Counted from the first letter of the stretch, positions 19,035-29,700 are shown. The stretch: DNA of 64,000 bases from Chthoniobacteraceae bacterium (GCA_037190965.1 JBBCKI010000049.1:1-64000); one strand, 5' to 3'. Made by a program: numbers and translations. The notes: generated by a model from the letters alone, not told the origin.

Positions 19035-22000
19035 TTATTTCGCGATCCATTTCTCCCAACGCGGGCCGATGTCCTCGCCATTTTCACCCGCTTTTCGCGC
19101 CGGCGAGTCCCCTGGCAATAGAACTTCTTCAGTGGTAAACGGAGTCTTGTCCGGATAGTCCTTCCACTCTTTCTTTGCTTTGGGCCCAAAGCCGAACTTA
19201 ACCAGCAGCGGCATCAACCCGCCGGTATCATCCATCTCACGACTATTCTTGTCTCGATCTGCAGTCTCCCGCCACGGCTTCAAACCACCTTTCAGATCCT
19301 TGGTAATAAAACGTGATGGATTTTCGAGATCCCAGACGTAAATGTTGTAGTCCGAATCAATGCGTGCTCCGCTGTACCACAATGGAAAGCTCGGCGCCTT
19401 GTTGACTATCTGGTTCGTGATGATGTTATAGCGGAGAATCAGATTGGATTGATCCCCCACTTCGGTAATCAAACCGGTCAATGGACGGACGAGTAGACTA
19501 TTGCGAACTTCACATGGACGAACTGCCGAATATCCCAAAGAACGCCATCCGTAAGCAAGGAGGCTATCTGTGACGATGAATCCCCTTGCATCCTGAGGGG
19601 CGCCCGGCATCTCCCCTGCATAGTTTGTCCAGATACATGGCATCCAGCGCTCGCGACCGTCCATCACGCAATCCTTGATTTCAATCCCCACCGAACCAGA
19701 GATACCAAAAAGACCGGCATACCCCCTCGCACTCAAGTATCCCCCGTTTCCGTGCATCTGGACTCGCTCACAAACAAGATTCTGAAAGGTCAGAAACGCC
19801 TTGCTTTGGATCTGAACGCAATAGGAACGTCCATCACGCTGGAACTTGACCAACCCGCCGTCAAGAAATACGGATAGGGGCCTTTCGGCGCGGAATGTAA
19901 TGCGCCTCTCCTCGGAAACTCCCGTCTGCAAAGGCCGCAATAGCTCCATGTATCGTCCCGGAGAAATTGTCACCGTATCCCCGGCCCGGGCTTCACGGGC
20001 TGCTTTATGAAGCGTCTGCCACGCCGTGGCGGAGCTCAAGCCGTTGTTGCTGTCACTCCCTTCGAGAGAAACGTAAAGCTGACGCGGCTCGGGATCCTCA
20101 TTTGCGGTCTTGAAGGTCATGTCTTCTGACCAAATCACCTCACCGTCCACGTGGCGTCGCCATCCCAGTCGGTAGTGGTATTGCGTAGCGGGCTTCAAAC
20201 CCACCAAGCTCACCGTGTGAAAGGTTTCGTACTCACCCTGAAGTTCGTCTGCGAGATCAAGCTTCTTCGTATATTTTGGAGTTTCGCCCCACTGGATCAT
20301 GGTGCCCACGCGGCGCCCTGGCGTCCAATACGTGATATTCGAGCTCGTCCTTGTAACTGATATCACTTCCACCCTTTCAAAACTTTTGCGTTCGATCTTC
20401 CCGGAAACAAACGTCCCACTGGGACCCACGGGCCTTGAGTAGCGCCCGCCGACGGCCAATGCCTGCCCGGCGCGAACCCGAAAGTCGTCATTGGCGCGCC
20501 CGGAAAACTCCTCCTTTGCAATCGCAATAGAGTCCATATCCTGCCCATATTTGCGCTGGGCATCCTCCAATCCGGATTCAAAAGCGTTGAAGTTACTGTA
20601 AAAGCCAACGCTCTCCACGGGAACGTCGACGTCGGCCTTCTTGTTTTGCTTCAGGATCGTACTGATCAACGCGATATCCGAACTGCCTGCGTCGGCCCTG
20701 AGCCCGTCTTCCGTATTGCCAGCCAAAGCGCCTTGATCAAATACAATCTCTTTGGAATTTCTTATCTCCAGTCCGGAATGTTCGCTATTCATACTGATGC
20801 AACGAAGAAACTCGATATTGCTGGAGTCGCCCACCCGAATTCCCTTTGCGACTGCGGACAAATCCTGCAGCTTCACATTGTCGCATCCATTGATGTATAT
20901 TGACGGAAACTGAACCTTGGCTCGCTGGTGCGCCCGGATGATGACCGGCTTGCTCGCAGTAGCCTTGATTCCCGAAAGATGAAGTGATTCGTTCCATCTT
21001 CCGCCTTCGATATAAAGAGTCTGGCCCGGTTGAATCTTTTTGAGCGCATGGCTCAGAGTCCTCCATGCCTCCATCTCGCTGGTTCCTGAGTTCTGGTCAT
21101 CCCCGCTCAGTCTCACATAAACTACCGAACCGTCGTATTGAAACGCACCCAGATCGCTGCCGTCAGGAGCCCTCTTCCGCGCTGGACTATCGCTTTGAAG
21201 TCGGTAGTCGCGGTAGGCAACGTCAGCGAACCCGGGGGCTGCTCCCAATGTCGAGACATCCAGATCGGTGTCTCCCTTAGGGCCGGTGGTCATCACTTGA
21301 TAAGACGAATATGTGTTGTGCCGCATGACCTGCCCCTCGACTGAACCGCCCGTGTTGTCGAAAGCAACATTGTTTTCGGCTCCCATCTTTCCATCATTCG
21401 CTATAACCTTATAAAAGAATCCGTCGGCGTTCCCATAGACCAGATTGCCTCGCGCCATGCAGTCATGGACGCTATCAGCGTAAAAACGAATGCCGAATTT
21501 GCTGGAGGTATGGGCCTTGTTGTCCTCAATCAGAACCCCTGTGGGATTTCCGGTAATCATGATCTGCGCGTCCTCGCTATAGTTGGAACGGTTCGACCAT
21601 ACCTCGTTCCCGCGAACGATGCTCTCCTTCATATTTCCGGCGAGGGAAATGGCAATGCCGTTTAGATAGCCTGTCGCATTTTGAACAATCACTTTCGCCG
21701 CATCCGATGCCTTCACGCCTGAACCGCCAAATCCTGCGAGGGCAAAGCCGTCCAGAACGGAATTTGAAGCCATCGTGACTCCAATCTGGTCCTGCCGAAC
21801 CGAAGCATAAAGATGGTGACTGGGGCTCCCGCTGTCGCTGGGATGAATATAGGCTTTCGCGGCAGCTTCATCGAAAAAATAGCCGCCCGCCAGTTCCTCG
21901 ACATCGATGACGCTCGCCACCGATCGAAAACCGACCCCTGTATCCACCTCGATCAAAGTGGGCAATTTCTCCGAACAGGGTGCCACATAAGTATACTCCA

Positions 22001-22346
22001 TCCCGGGCGCCCTTTCAAAGCCGGAAACAACCACTGGCCGCCCTATGAAAGCTCTTCCCCGCTTAGCCTCACGGAGAATGGTGGGAGATTCATCCGATCC
22101 CGCCTTTAGAACGATCCCCCCCTCGTACCAACCCGGCAGGACCGTAATGATGGAACCCGCATCGACCTTCTGCGCGGCGGCTTTGATCGTCTTGAAAGGT
22201 TGCTCCGCAGTGCCGGGAGCGGCGTCGTCTCCCATATCAGCGGAAACAAAATACTCCCTCGCCGCCCCTTCTGCGTGAGGAACGGCCCACGGTGACAGGA
22301 CACCGGACAAGACCAAGAGTCCAAAGATTCTTTTGAACGTTCTCAT
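19035..22346 (-). CDS. Large secreted right-handed parallel beta-helix protein (three DUF1565-like modules plus FN3-like domain)
   Basis: Signal peptide MRTFKRIFGLLVLSGVL...AEG; three cap motifs of form YVS..G.D...G....(P/A)(F/W).T; FN3-like HTVSLVGLKPATQYHYRL. Confidence 0.8.
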   Translation of the reverse strand: MRTFKRIFGLLVLSGVLSPWAVPHAEGAAREYFVSADMGDDAAPGTAEQPFKTIKAAAQKVDAGSIITVLPGWYEGGIVLKAGSDESPTILREAKRGRAFIGRPVVVSGFERAPGMEYTYVAPCSEKLPTLIEVDTGVGFRSVASVIDVEELAGGYFFDEAAAKAYIHPSDSGSPSHHLYASVRQDQIGVTMASNSVLDGFALAGFGGSGVKASDAAKVIVQNATGYLNGIAISLAGNMKESIVRGNEVWSNRSNYSEDAQIMITGNPTGVLIEDNKAHTSSKFGIRFYADSVHDCMARGNLVYGNADGFFYKVIANDGKMGAENNVAFDNTGGSVEGQVMRHNTYSSYQVMTTGPKGDTDLDVSTLGAAPGFADVAYRDYRLQSDSPARKRAPDGSDLGAFQYDGSVVYVRLSGDDQNSGTSEMEAWRTLSHALKKIQPGQTLYIEGGRWNESLHLSGIKATASKPVIIRAHQRAKVQFPSIYINGCDNVKLQDLSAVAKGIRVGDSSNIEFLRCISMNSEHSGLEIRNSKEIVFDQGALAGNTEDGLRADAGSSDIALISTILKQNKKADVDVPVESVGFYSNFNAFESGLEDAQRKYGQDMDSIAIAKEEFSGRANDDFRVRAGQALAVGGRYSRPVGPSGTFVSGKIERKSFERVEVISVTRTSSNITYWTPGRRVGTMIQWGETPKYTKKLDLADELQGEYETFHTVSLVGLKPATQYHYRLGWRRHVDGEVIWSEDMTFKTANEDPEPRQLYVSLEGSDSNNGLSSATAWQTLHKAAREARAGDTVTISPGRYMELLRPLQTGVSEERRITFRAERPLSVFLDGGLVKFQRDGRSYCVQIQSKAFLTFQNLVCERVQMHGNGGYLSARGYAGLFGISGSVGIEIKDCVMDGRERWMPCIWTNYAGEMPGAPQDARGFIVTDSLLAYGWRSLGYSAVRPCEVRNSLLVRPLTGLITEVGDQSNLILRYNIITNQIVNKAPSFPLWYSGARIDSDYNIYVWDLENPSRFITKDLKGGLKPWRETADRDKNSREMDDTGGLMPLLVKFGFGPKAKKEWKDYPDKTPFTTEEVLLPGDSPARKAGENGEDIGPRWEKWIAK

Positions 22347-22368
22347 GAGATGACAGGGTTGTTCGACC

Positions 22369-23043
22369 TTACGGCATTTGGTCGTAGAGCCTGACTTCCT
22401 GGATGTAGAGTTTGGCTCCGTAAAGGCGAAGGTCCAGGGTCGTATAATTTCCGTTGAGCTCTCTCCGTGCCAACCCGATAGTCCCCTCGCCATCCACCAC
22501 ATAAACCCTCCCCCTGCCATCCCCGTCGAAGACAAATCGCAATGTTTGCACCGTCGCCGTGTCCAAGTTGAGACGCTCCTCGCCCGAAGCAATGATTTTA
22601 TTTCCTCGAATTGAAGCGACGGTGATCTTGCTATCGGCACATAGGTTGAGTTCAACGCTGCCGTCCGATTCCATCTCTGTCCGGAATTTGATATCGAACG
22701 TAAACGGAAAGTGAACCTTTGGTGTGATCGGCAAAATGGCACTTCTCAGAATGTTCATTTCCGTAGGCTCCACAACCAGCTCATTTTCGACGATCTGGGA
22801 TATGACTGGGTTGGCGGGCGAAGCCTTGCTCAGAGAATCGAAGAACTCCGTCTCCTTTACCCCGCCCTCCGCACTCCCATAAGTCTCCCTAAAGCGCAAG
22901 GCATCGTCGGACATCGTTTTCGTCGCCTCTGCGCGATCAATCTCAGCGAGCGCGACATCCGAATCTTCGGCATTAAGTTGCGGCGTAACCAGCAGCAGAG
23001 ATAACGCGAACGATAGGATGCTCAGTTTGTGATATAGGAACAT
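22369..23043 (-). CDS. Hypothetical secreted protein (possible lectin-like beta-sandwich)
   Basis: Sec signal peptide MFLYHKLSILSFALSLLLVTPQLNA, beta-rich, in operon position. Confidence 0.65.
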   Translation of the reverse strand: MFLYHKLSILSFALSLLLVTPQLNAEDSDVALAEIDRAEATKTMSDDALRFRETYGSAEGGVKETEFFDSLSKASPANPVISQIVENELVVEPTEMNILRSAILPITPKVHFPFTFDIKFRTEMESDGSVELNLCADSKITVASIRGNKIIASGEERLNLDTATVQTLRFVFDGDGRGRVYVVDGEGTIGLARRELNGNYTTLDLRLYGAKLYIQEVRLYDQMP

Positions 23044-23096
23044 ACAAGCTTAAGGGGAACTTAGAAAAAAATCTGTTTAAAGAAGGCACTGACCGA

Positions 23097-24632
23097 CTAA
23101 CGCCGACGCCGAATGCACGCGAGCCCGCATCCGAACAATAGCAGCAGTCCGATGGACGGCTCCGGTATGGCGCTGGTCACATAAATACTGTTTGCACCAT
23201 AAAAAATTGAACCGCTTGCACCAATCCATGTCACACTATTAAAGGTGCCGCTCGTTGCTCCTGTGGTCGAGAACAGGGTGTATTGCGTCAGGTTTGCTCC
23301 ACCACTGAAATTCGTGAAGTCCAGAACCAGGTCCCCAAGGTTTATCGTCTGGGAGAGTGTTCCGAAAATCGTGATCCGGTCGTAATCCGTAGCACTGTTA
23401 AAATCAAAAGTGAACGCACTATTATCTGAGAGCTTGACGACAGCCGATTGAGCGGCGGACCCGAGCGTCAAAGTACCCACTCCTTTGCCACTCAGCGAAT
23501 CGCCAGGTTTCACGATGCCGTAAAGATTGATATTATGGGCGCCAGCCGCGGTCATTTCCAACGCTCCCGATCCGATCAATGTGGCGGTTTTTTCAAGCGC
23601 GGCATTGCTCTGGTTCAGATAGAAATTCTGGCTAGTGATTTTGCTGGTTGCGCCCACGTCGATCACTGCGTGACGGCTGGCGGTTAGATTGCCATTGATC
23701 ATGATCTCCCCGCCCGAACGCGTTTTCAACGTCGCCGAGACCGTTCCGGATGGGTAAGCGTCCACAAGCATCGCGGTCGCCGTGAGTTTCGAATTAGCTC
23801 CTTCAACGATCAGCGTCCCGCTCGAACCGATATTATTTCCAAGATAGAAATTCGCAATCCCCTTGATTTCGCCTCCTCCGTCTATACGTACCGTCCCTGA
23901 ACTATTCACTCCATTGCCGACCATGATGTTGCTGTTCTGCAGGTCCGCCACACTTCCCGCACCATTCACATTCAACGTCGCAGTGCTGGAATTATGTGAG
24001 CCTACGTGAACAGTTTTTGAGTTCAGTTTCGCTCCATTATCAATCGTCAGTGTGGTCGTCGAGACGTCGGTTCCGCTTTTTACGTAGGCGCCAATTCTCA
24101 AAAACCCATTCCCCGAGTTGAAAGTGGCTGCGGGACCGGTGATACGTACAGCGACAGGCGACGTTTGGGGATTATTTGCGCCGATGAGCATATCGTAGCT
24201 GCTCATCATTTGCAGTGTGCCGTTCTGCCAGGTCATCGATCCTCGAAACGAGCTCCTGAAGAGCTCGTTGGAATCGTCATTTGCGATCTGGAGCGTATTT
24301 CCGTTGTAGTCGAAACTGACATTTCCACCTTCCGCCAGGTACATTGAAGAGAGCGAATAGACAGAGGATGTACCCGTCGAAGTGATCGTCTTGGCACCGG
24401 CAACCGTCAGCCTATCAGCCACGCCGGGAAGGGAGCCGGGAACGCTCCCGCCCACACGGTAGTTTCCCAGAGTTTCATAATTCGTATCGACGGAACCCAA
24501 CCAGTCATAATTCACCGCCCACGAGGCGGTTGCGAATGAAAAGAAGACAACCAGAAGAAGACCGAACCTCCGCGATCTTCCGCACATGACGGCAGCATCG
24601 GAGAAGGTGTTTTTCCTATTAATAATTTTCAT
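23097..24632 (-). CDS. PEP-CTERM sorting domain protein with T5SS/PEP-CTERM-associated Gly/Asn-rich repeats
   Basis: C-terminus AIPEPSIGLLLLFGCGLACIRRRR; N-terminal signal; repeats such as TLTIDNGA...VG.....ATLNVNGAGS. Confidence 0.9.
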   Translation of the reverse strand: MKIINRKNTFSDAAVMCGRSRRFGLLLVVFFSFATASWAVNYDWLGSVDTNYETLGNYRVGGSVPGSLPGVADRLTVAGAKTITSTGTSSVYSLSSMYLAEGGNVSFDYNGNTLQIANDDSNELFRSSFRGSMTWQNGTLQMMSSYDMLIGANNPQTSPVAVRITGPAATFNSGNGFLRIGAYVKSGTDVSTTTLTIDNGAKLNSKTVHVGSHNSSTATLNVNGAGSVADLQNSNIMVGNGVNSSGTVRIDGGGEIKGIANFYLGNNIGSSGTLIVEGANSKLTATAMLVDAYPSGTVSATLKTRSGGEIMINGNLTASRHAVIDVGATSKITSQNFYLNQSNAALEKTATLIGSGALEMTAAGAHNINLYGIVKPGDSLSGKGVGTLTLGSAAQSAVVKLSDNSAFTFDFNSATDYDRITIFGTLSQTINLGDLVLDFTNFSGGANLTQYTLFSTTGATSGTFNSVTWIGASGSIFYGANSIYVTSAIPEPSIGLLLLFGCGLACIRRRR

Positions 24633-24676
24633 ATTGGGGGAGTGATGGCGTCTGAGTAAGCAGTTATTCACTACTT

Positions 24677-24748
24677 ACATAGGCAAGAATTATCCCGGAG
24701 CCGCAGCCTCCCGCAAGAGCTACCGTGGTAGCTTTTTTTTGCCTATGT
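24677..24748 (-). promoter_or_regulatory. Candidate promoter/operator upstream of the PEP-CTERM operon
   Basis: Outer inverted repeat ACATAGGCAA (24677-24686) / TTGCCTATGT (24739-24748); inner palindrome AGCTACC-GT-GGTAGCT (24718-24733); minus-strand TTGCGG-N16-GATAAT between them. Confidence 0.55.
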
Positions 24749-24767
24749 TTTCGGCGCCGGCCAGTTC

Positions 24768-25967
24768 TCACTCCTCCGTGGGAGGAGCCACCGTTTGGGG
24801 ATTATTGATCTTGATCCAATTCGGTCGGGGTAGTACCCAGTTCGGTTTCAGCGAAAGCGAGCCGGTCTTGGCGAGTTGGATCACCAAACGAGAAAGAGAG
24901 ATCGCATACGCGTCATGATCAATCCAATAGGAAGCAATCTTCGGGCGGAAGGCATGCAGCACGAGTTCGAAATCCGTGCTGATCACCGACACGTCCCGGG
25001 GAACATGGACCCCTGAATAGATCAAATGGCTAACGGCCGTCACCGCATGCCAGGCGTCCGCGACAATGAGCCCCGTCGGGCGGGAAGTTTTTTGAAAAGC
25101 CGAATCCAGCACGCTATCAATATGATATCCGGCAGTCTTGTGGTGCCTCAGGACAATCCCTGTGGCGTTTCGGCCAAAAGATGCAATTTCATCCCGAAAT
25201 CCCTGCTCCCTGGCCAGCATGTCCGCTCCATCTATGTCAGGCAATAGAAGCGCCAGGCGACGATGCTTCGCCCCCAGCAACCGCCGGGTCGCGTGCCGGC
25301 AAATCGAGTTGAAATCGAGGTCCAGGAAGGGCAGCTTTACGTTAGGATAGCGGTGCCCGACGATAAATGCAGGCAGAGCCCGATCGGAAAAATAAAGTTG
25401 CTGGGCGTGGTTCGAATCGAAAAGAACCCAGCAGGCGGCATCGATTTGATGGACGATTCGATCCACAAACTTGGTCTTAATCTCATTTGCAAACCGGTAA
25501 TCGTTAATCTCACGGACCTCAAATCCCGCCAGATGAAAATCATGCTCCAGCTCCGACCGGGCAAACGCGATCAGGCGACTGACCTCCCATGGAGGAGCCG
25601 CCACCAAAAATACCACGACTTTTGACCTCTGCCGCGACAACTTCCGCTTTTCCCGACAGTCCGGCAGAATCCGAGTCAGATGCCCACGGCTTTGAGCGAT
25701 CAATCCTTCGTCACTCAGGATCTTAAGCGCTTTTTTCAAGGTTGTATGACTAACCTGCAATCGACGCGCCAGATCCTCTGCCCCGGGCAAAAAGTCATGC
25801 CATTCTCCGCCCCGGATCGCATCGCGAAGGCTATCCGCCGTCCTCGACGCCAGGGGAATGCGTTGCGGAATACGAATTAAAGACTCCATCGTTTTCTGCT
25901 TCCCGCCCCGGCTAGAAGATCTGCCTGGGGATTTCGAGCCTGGGGAATGGATCGGAGCCTTGCTCAT
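24768..25967 (-). CDS. GntR-type wHTH / LacI-type sugar-binding domain transcriptional regulator
   Basis: ADSLRDAIRGGEW..FLPGAEDLARRLQVSHTTLKKAL HTH plus periplasmic-binding-like C-domain (GHR...RPTGL...GVHVPRDVSVIS). Confidence 0.85.
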   Translation of the reverse strand: MSKAPIHSPGSKSPGRSSSRGGKQKTMESLIRIPQRIPLASRTADSLRDAIRGGEWHDFLPGAEDLARRLQVSHTTLKKALKILSDEGLIAQSRGHLTRILPDCREKRKLSRQRSKVVVFLVAAPPWEVSRLIAFARSELEHDFHLAGFEVREINDYRFANEIKTKFVDRIVHQIDAACWVLFDSNHAQQLYFSDRALPAFIVGHRYPNVKLPFLDLDFNSICRHATRRLLGAKHRRLALLLPDIDGADMLAREQGFRDEIASFGRNATGIVLRHHKTAGYHIDSVLDSAFQKTSRPTGLIVADAWHAVTAVSHLIYSGVHVPRDVSVISTDFELVLHAFRPKIASYWIDHDAYAISLSRLVIQLAKTGSLSLKPNWVLPRPNWIKINNPQTVAPPTEE

Positions 25968-26242
25968 ATCGGAACTTAGTAGATCACGTCAATATCTCTG
26001 CCGGGGGATCATTCGCTATCCCCTCATTGACTACGTCAATAGCCCTTCACATGGCAAGCTTTTGAAAAGTTCCACCGTGCGTACGCTCCCGCGACGTGGT
26101 CCAATTCATTCTCTCACACCAAATAGCGCATCCGATTTACGCGCCACGTCCGCGCTCAGTATTGACAAGATGGCAGATGGGGCAATGCCTGGCGTTAGAC
26201 GAGTTCTCCAGTTTTGCGCATGGGGGTCATGACACACCCGCG

Positions 26243-26689
26243 CTACCTCGTCGCCTTCCGAGTCCGAGCCGCCTTCTTTGCGGCAGCTGATCTCTCCGCG
26301 TGCGTCCGTTTACTCGCAGCCACACCCGCTTGCCGGGAAAGCGCCTTTTTTGAAGTCGGCGACTGACTCTCGCGCTTGAGCGCCTTGGTCGTGGCCCGCG
26401 AACGTTTTGCCGAAGGCTTCTTTGCCTCACGCCCCTTTTCGAGATCGCGTTCCGCCTTCCGCCGCGTTGCCTCTGAAGTCTTCCCTTTCTTGGGCGGCGG
26501 CAACTCAATCCCCGCGCGGCGAGCCTTCGAAAGGCCGATGGCGATGGCCTGCTTGGTCGACCGAACTCCATGTTTGCCTTCGCGCACGTGTTCAATCTCT
26601 TCGCGCACGAACTCGCCCGCTTGAGTGGAAGGCGCTTTGCCTTCCCGTTTATCTCTCCGGGCACGTTCAATGGTCTTCTTTTCGGGCAT
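26243..26689 (-). CDS. Small basic protein (DUF6496-like, putative nucleic-acid-binding)
   Basis: GKAPSTQAGEFVREEI...KQAIAIGLSKARRAG plus a K/R/A-rich tail. ATG at 26689. Confidence 0.8.
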   Translation of the reverse strand: MPEKKTIERARRDKREGKAPSTQAGEFVREEIEHVREGKHGVRSTKQAIAIGLSKARRAGIELPPPKKGKTSEATRRKAERDLEKGREAKKPSAKRSRATTKALKRESQSPTSKKALSRQAGVAASKRTHAERSAAAKKAARTRKATR

Positions 26690-26785
26690 CGTATGGTGGT
26701 TTCGAAGGCCCGAATGCAAGTGGCCTTAAGAAGTTGCCCCTATACCCCGGCGAGGTCATGGCAACATCACCCTGGCAATTTCAAT

Positions 26786-29700
26786 TTAACGTTTACCCTT
26801 TGGTCTTCCAAGAAGCCATGCGGCGGTCGCAGCGGCGAGGACTCCCCCAATCCCCGCCGCCACGATTAAAGCTTTCCTGGTGTCGAAGGAAGGCTCCGGG
26901 TAGAGATCGAACAGGGCGCCCTCCGGCTCATTGCCCGCCGGGCCATGGCCTCCGGTTTGCAAAGCCAAGTCCAGCAGTTCAGCGAGGTGCAACGCCCTAC
27001 GGTCCGTAAGCTGCTCAATCTGTTCGCGGCAGCTAAAGCCGTCAGTAACAATGAAGGTGTCCCGGTTGGCCTCCTGTACTGAGGGAATCAGAACGCGTTC
27101 TCCGCATTTTACAGAGATGTCATAATGCTCGCGCTCGAATCCGAAGGAGCCAGCCATCCCGCAGCAACCAGATTCGAGTTGGTGGTAATCGATGCCCATT
27201 TTCGTCAGAATCGACTCCTCAGCCGCCATTCCAATCACTGACTTTTGATGGCAGTGGCCATGAAGAATCGCCTTCCGGTAGAACTTAGGAAGCTTCATTT
27301 CGGAGGCATGCTTGTCGAGGAACTCTCCCAGGGTAAAGACCTGTTTGGAAAGCCGCTGTGCCTGCTCATCTCTTGGGAAAAGCGAAATCAGTTCGTCGCG
27401 AAAGACGGCAACGCAACTCGGTTCCAGCCCAACGATGGGAGTTCCTGCCTCAATTTCTGGAGCGAGGGTGTCCATGATATTACGTAGGAAATGCCGGGCC
27501 ATCGTAAGCATCCCAAAATCGTAGAGGGGACGGCCGCAACATAGCTTGGCTTGTGGCACGATGACCTCGAATCCGGTGGACTCCAGAACATTCACGGCCG
27601 CTTTTGCGGTGCGTGGCAGCAGGTAGTTGTTGAAGGTATCGGGCCAGAGAATGACGCGTCGAACCCCGGGTGTGTTGCGGGCAGGGAGATTGCGTCGCGC
27701 AAACCAATCCTGAAAGCTTTCCGATGCAAATAAGGGAATGCGCCGCGCCTGTGAAATGCCGCCAAGCCACTTGGCCGCCGCTCGAACGCCAGGCGTCTGC
27801 GTCGCGAAGTTTGCCACAGCGGGCATCTTGGAGGCAATCCGCGCCCACCATGGAATAAGGCCCATCGAATAGGCAGCCCGTGGCCGGAGCCGTCCTGCAT
27901 AGTAGTGAGACAGGAATTCGGCCTTGTAGGTGGCCATATCAACATTCACCGGGCAATCCGATTTGCATCCTTTGCAGGCAAGGCATAGGTCGAGCGCGTC
28001 GTGGACAGCCTTGTCACGCCATCCGTTTTTGCCAATCACCTGACCTTCCAACATTTCGAGGAGAAGCCGGGCGCGCCCACGGGTGGAGTGCTTCTCCTCG
28101 CGGGTGACCATGAAACTCGGGCACATCGTCCCGCCCTCGGTACGCCGGCACTTCCCGACGCCAACGCAGCGTTCGAGCGCATAGGAAAAACTCCCCTTGT
28201 CATCGGCAAACGGGAAATGCGTATCCGGTTGGCGGGGGTGGTAGGAGTTTGGCGGATCCGGGCTGAACCGGATATTCTGATCGCGCCGATACGGACGCAC
28301 GACTTTCCCCGGATTCATCTTCCATTCAGGATCCCAGATCGTCTTGTACTCTTCGAAGGCATCGACAAGCTGCTCGCCGAACATGATGGAAAGAAGCTCC
28401 CCGCGCGACTGGCCATCGCCGTGCTCTCCCGAAAGGGAACCGCCATAGCGAACGACCAATTGAGCCGCATCGTATCCGAAGCGCTCGTAGGCCGCGATTC
28501 CTTCCCGGGTTTTAAGGCCAAAATCGATGCGGGTATGAACGACCCCCTGGCCAAAGTGACCATAGAGCGTGCAGTGGTAGTTATACCGCTCCAGGAGACT
28601 CCGAAATTCGCGCAGGTAGTCGCCCAAATTATCGGTAGGAACGGTGGCATCCTCCCAGCCTTCCCATGTGTCGGCTTCACGCGGGACACGAGCTGAAGCG
28701 CCCAGCCCCGCGTCGCGTATTTCCCAGATGATTTTTTCATGGAGAGGATCGTCGTACAGGCGAGTCGTCGGCGCATTGGACATTCCTTCGACCGCCTTGA
28801 TCAATTTGCGCCCTCGTTCATCGGATTCCGCCCGGGTTTCGCCGCCAAACTCCGCGATCAGCCAACCCTTTCCTGGCGGCAGGAGAGCGATCTCCCGGGG
28901 ATGAATTCCTTTGATCTTCATTGCATCGATGAGGATGTTATCCATCCCCTCCAAACCCACCGGATAGTGTTCCAGGACCTTCGGCACAAAATCCCCTGCG
29001 GAGTAGACATCGGGAAATCCAAGGACAACCAGCGAGCGGGCCGGAAAATCATCCATGAGTTGCACCGTCGCTTCCAGAATGGTGACGCAGGTTCCTTCGG
29101 TGCCGGACAGCGCACGGGCGACATTGAATCCTTTCTCCGGCAAAAGGTCATCGAGGGTGTACCCGGAGACGCGGCGCGGAATTTTTGGATAGCGGGTCCG
29201 GATCAGATCGCCATAACGATTCCGAAGCGTGTTGAGTTGCGAATAGATTTCCGCACGCCGCCCGCCCGTCGAGATGATGCGGGCAAGTTCCTGTTCCTCG
29301 GTGGCTCCCACGCGCATCCGCAACCCATCGTAAGCAAGAATCTCCAATGCGATGACATTGTCGGAAGTTCGTGCGCCCGGCCCGTAGAACTGCGCCATAA
29401 CGGAATGGACGCCTCCGGAGTTGTTGCCGATCATGCCGCCAATGGTGCAATGATCATGAGTTGCCGGGTCGGGCCCAAAAATGAGCCCTTTTGCTTTTGC
29501 TGCGCGATTGAGATGATCGAGAATCAATCCCGGTTGGACCCTTGCTATCTTTCGGGTGGTGTCGATCTCCACCACCTCATTCATATTTTTGGAAAAATCG
29601 AGAATGACAGCGGCATTACAACACTGGCCTGCAAGACTGGTGCCAGCACCGCGCCCCGTAATTGGCGCTCCATAGCGCCGGCAAATCGCCACGGTTTCCA

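Noticed and set aside
19034..19189. Long N-terminal extension of the H-X9-DG prepilin
   Set aside because: It overlaps the 3' end of the beta-helix gene; prepilin leaders are short.
22347..22742. N-terminal extension of the 1235-aa ORF
   Set aside because: It overlaps the 22369-23043 gene in another frame, and a clean signal peptide starts at ATG 22346.
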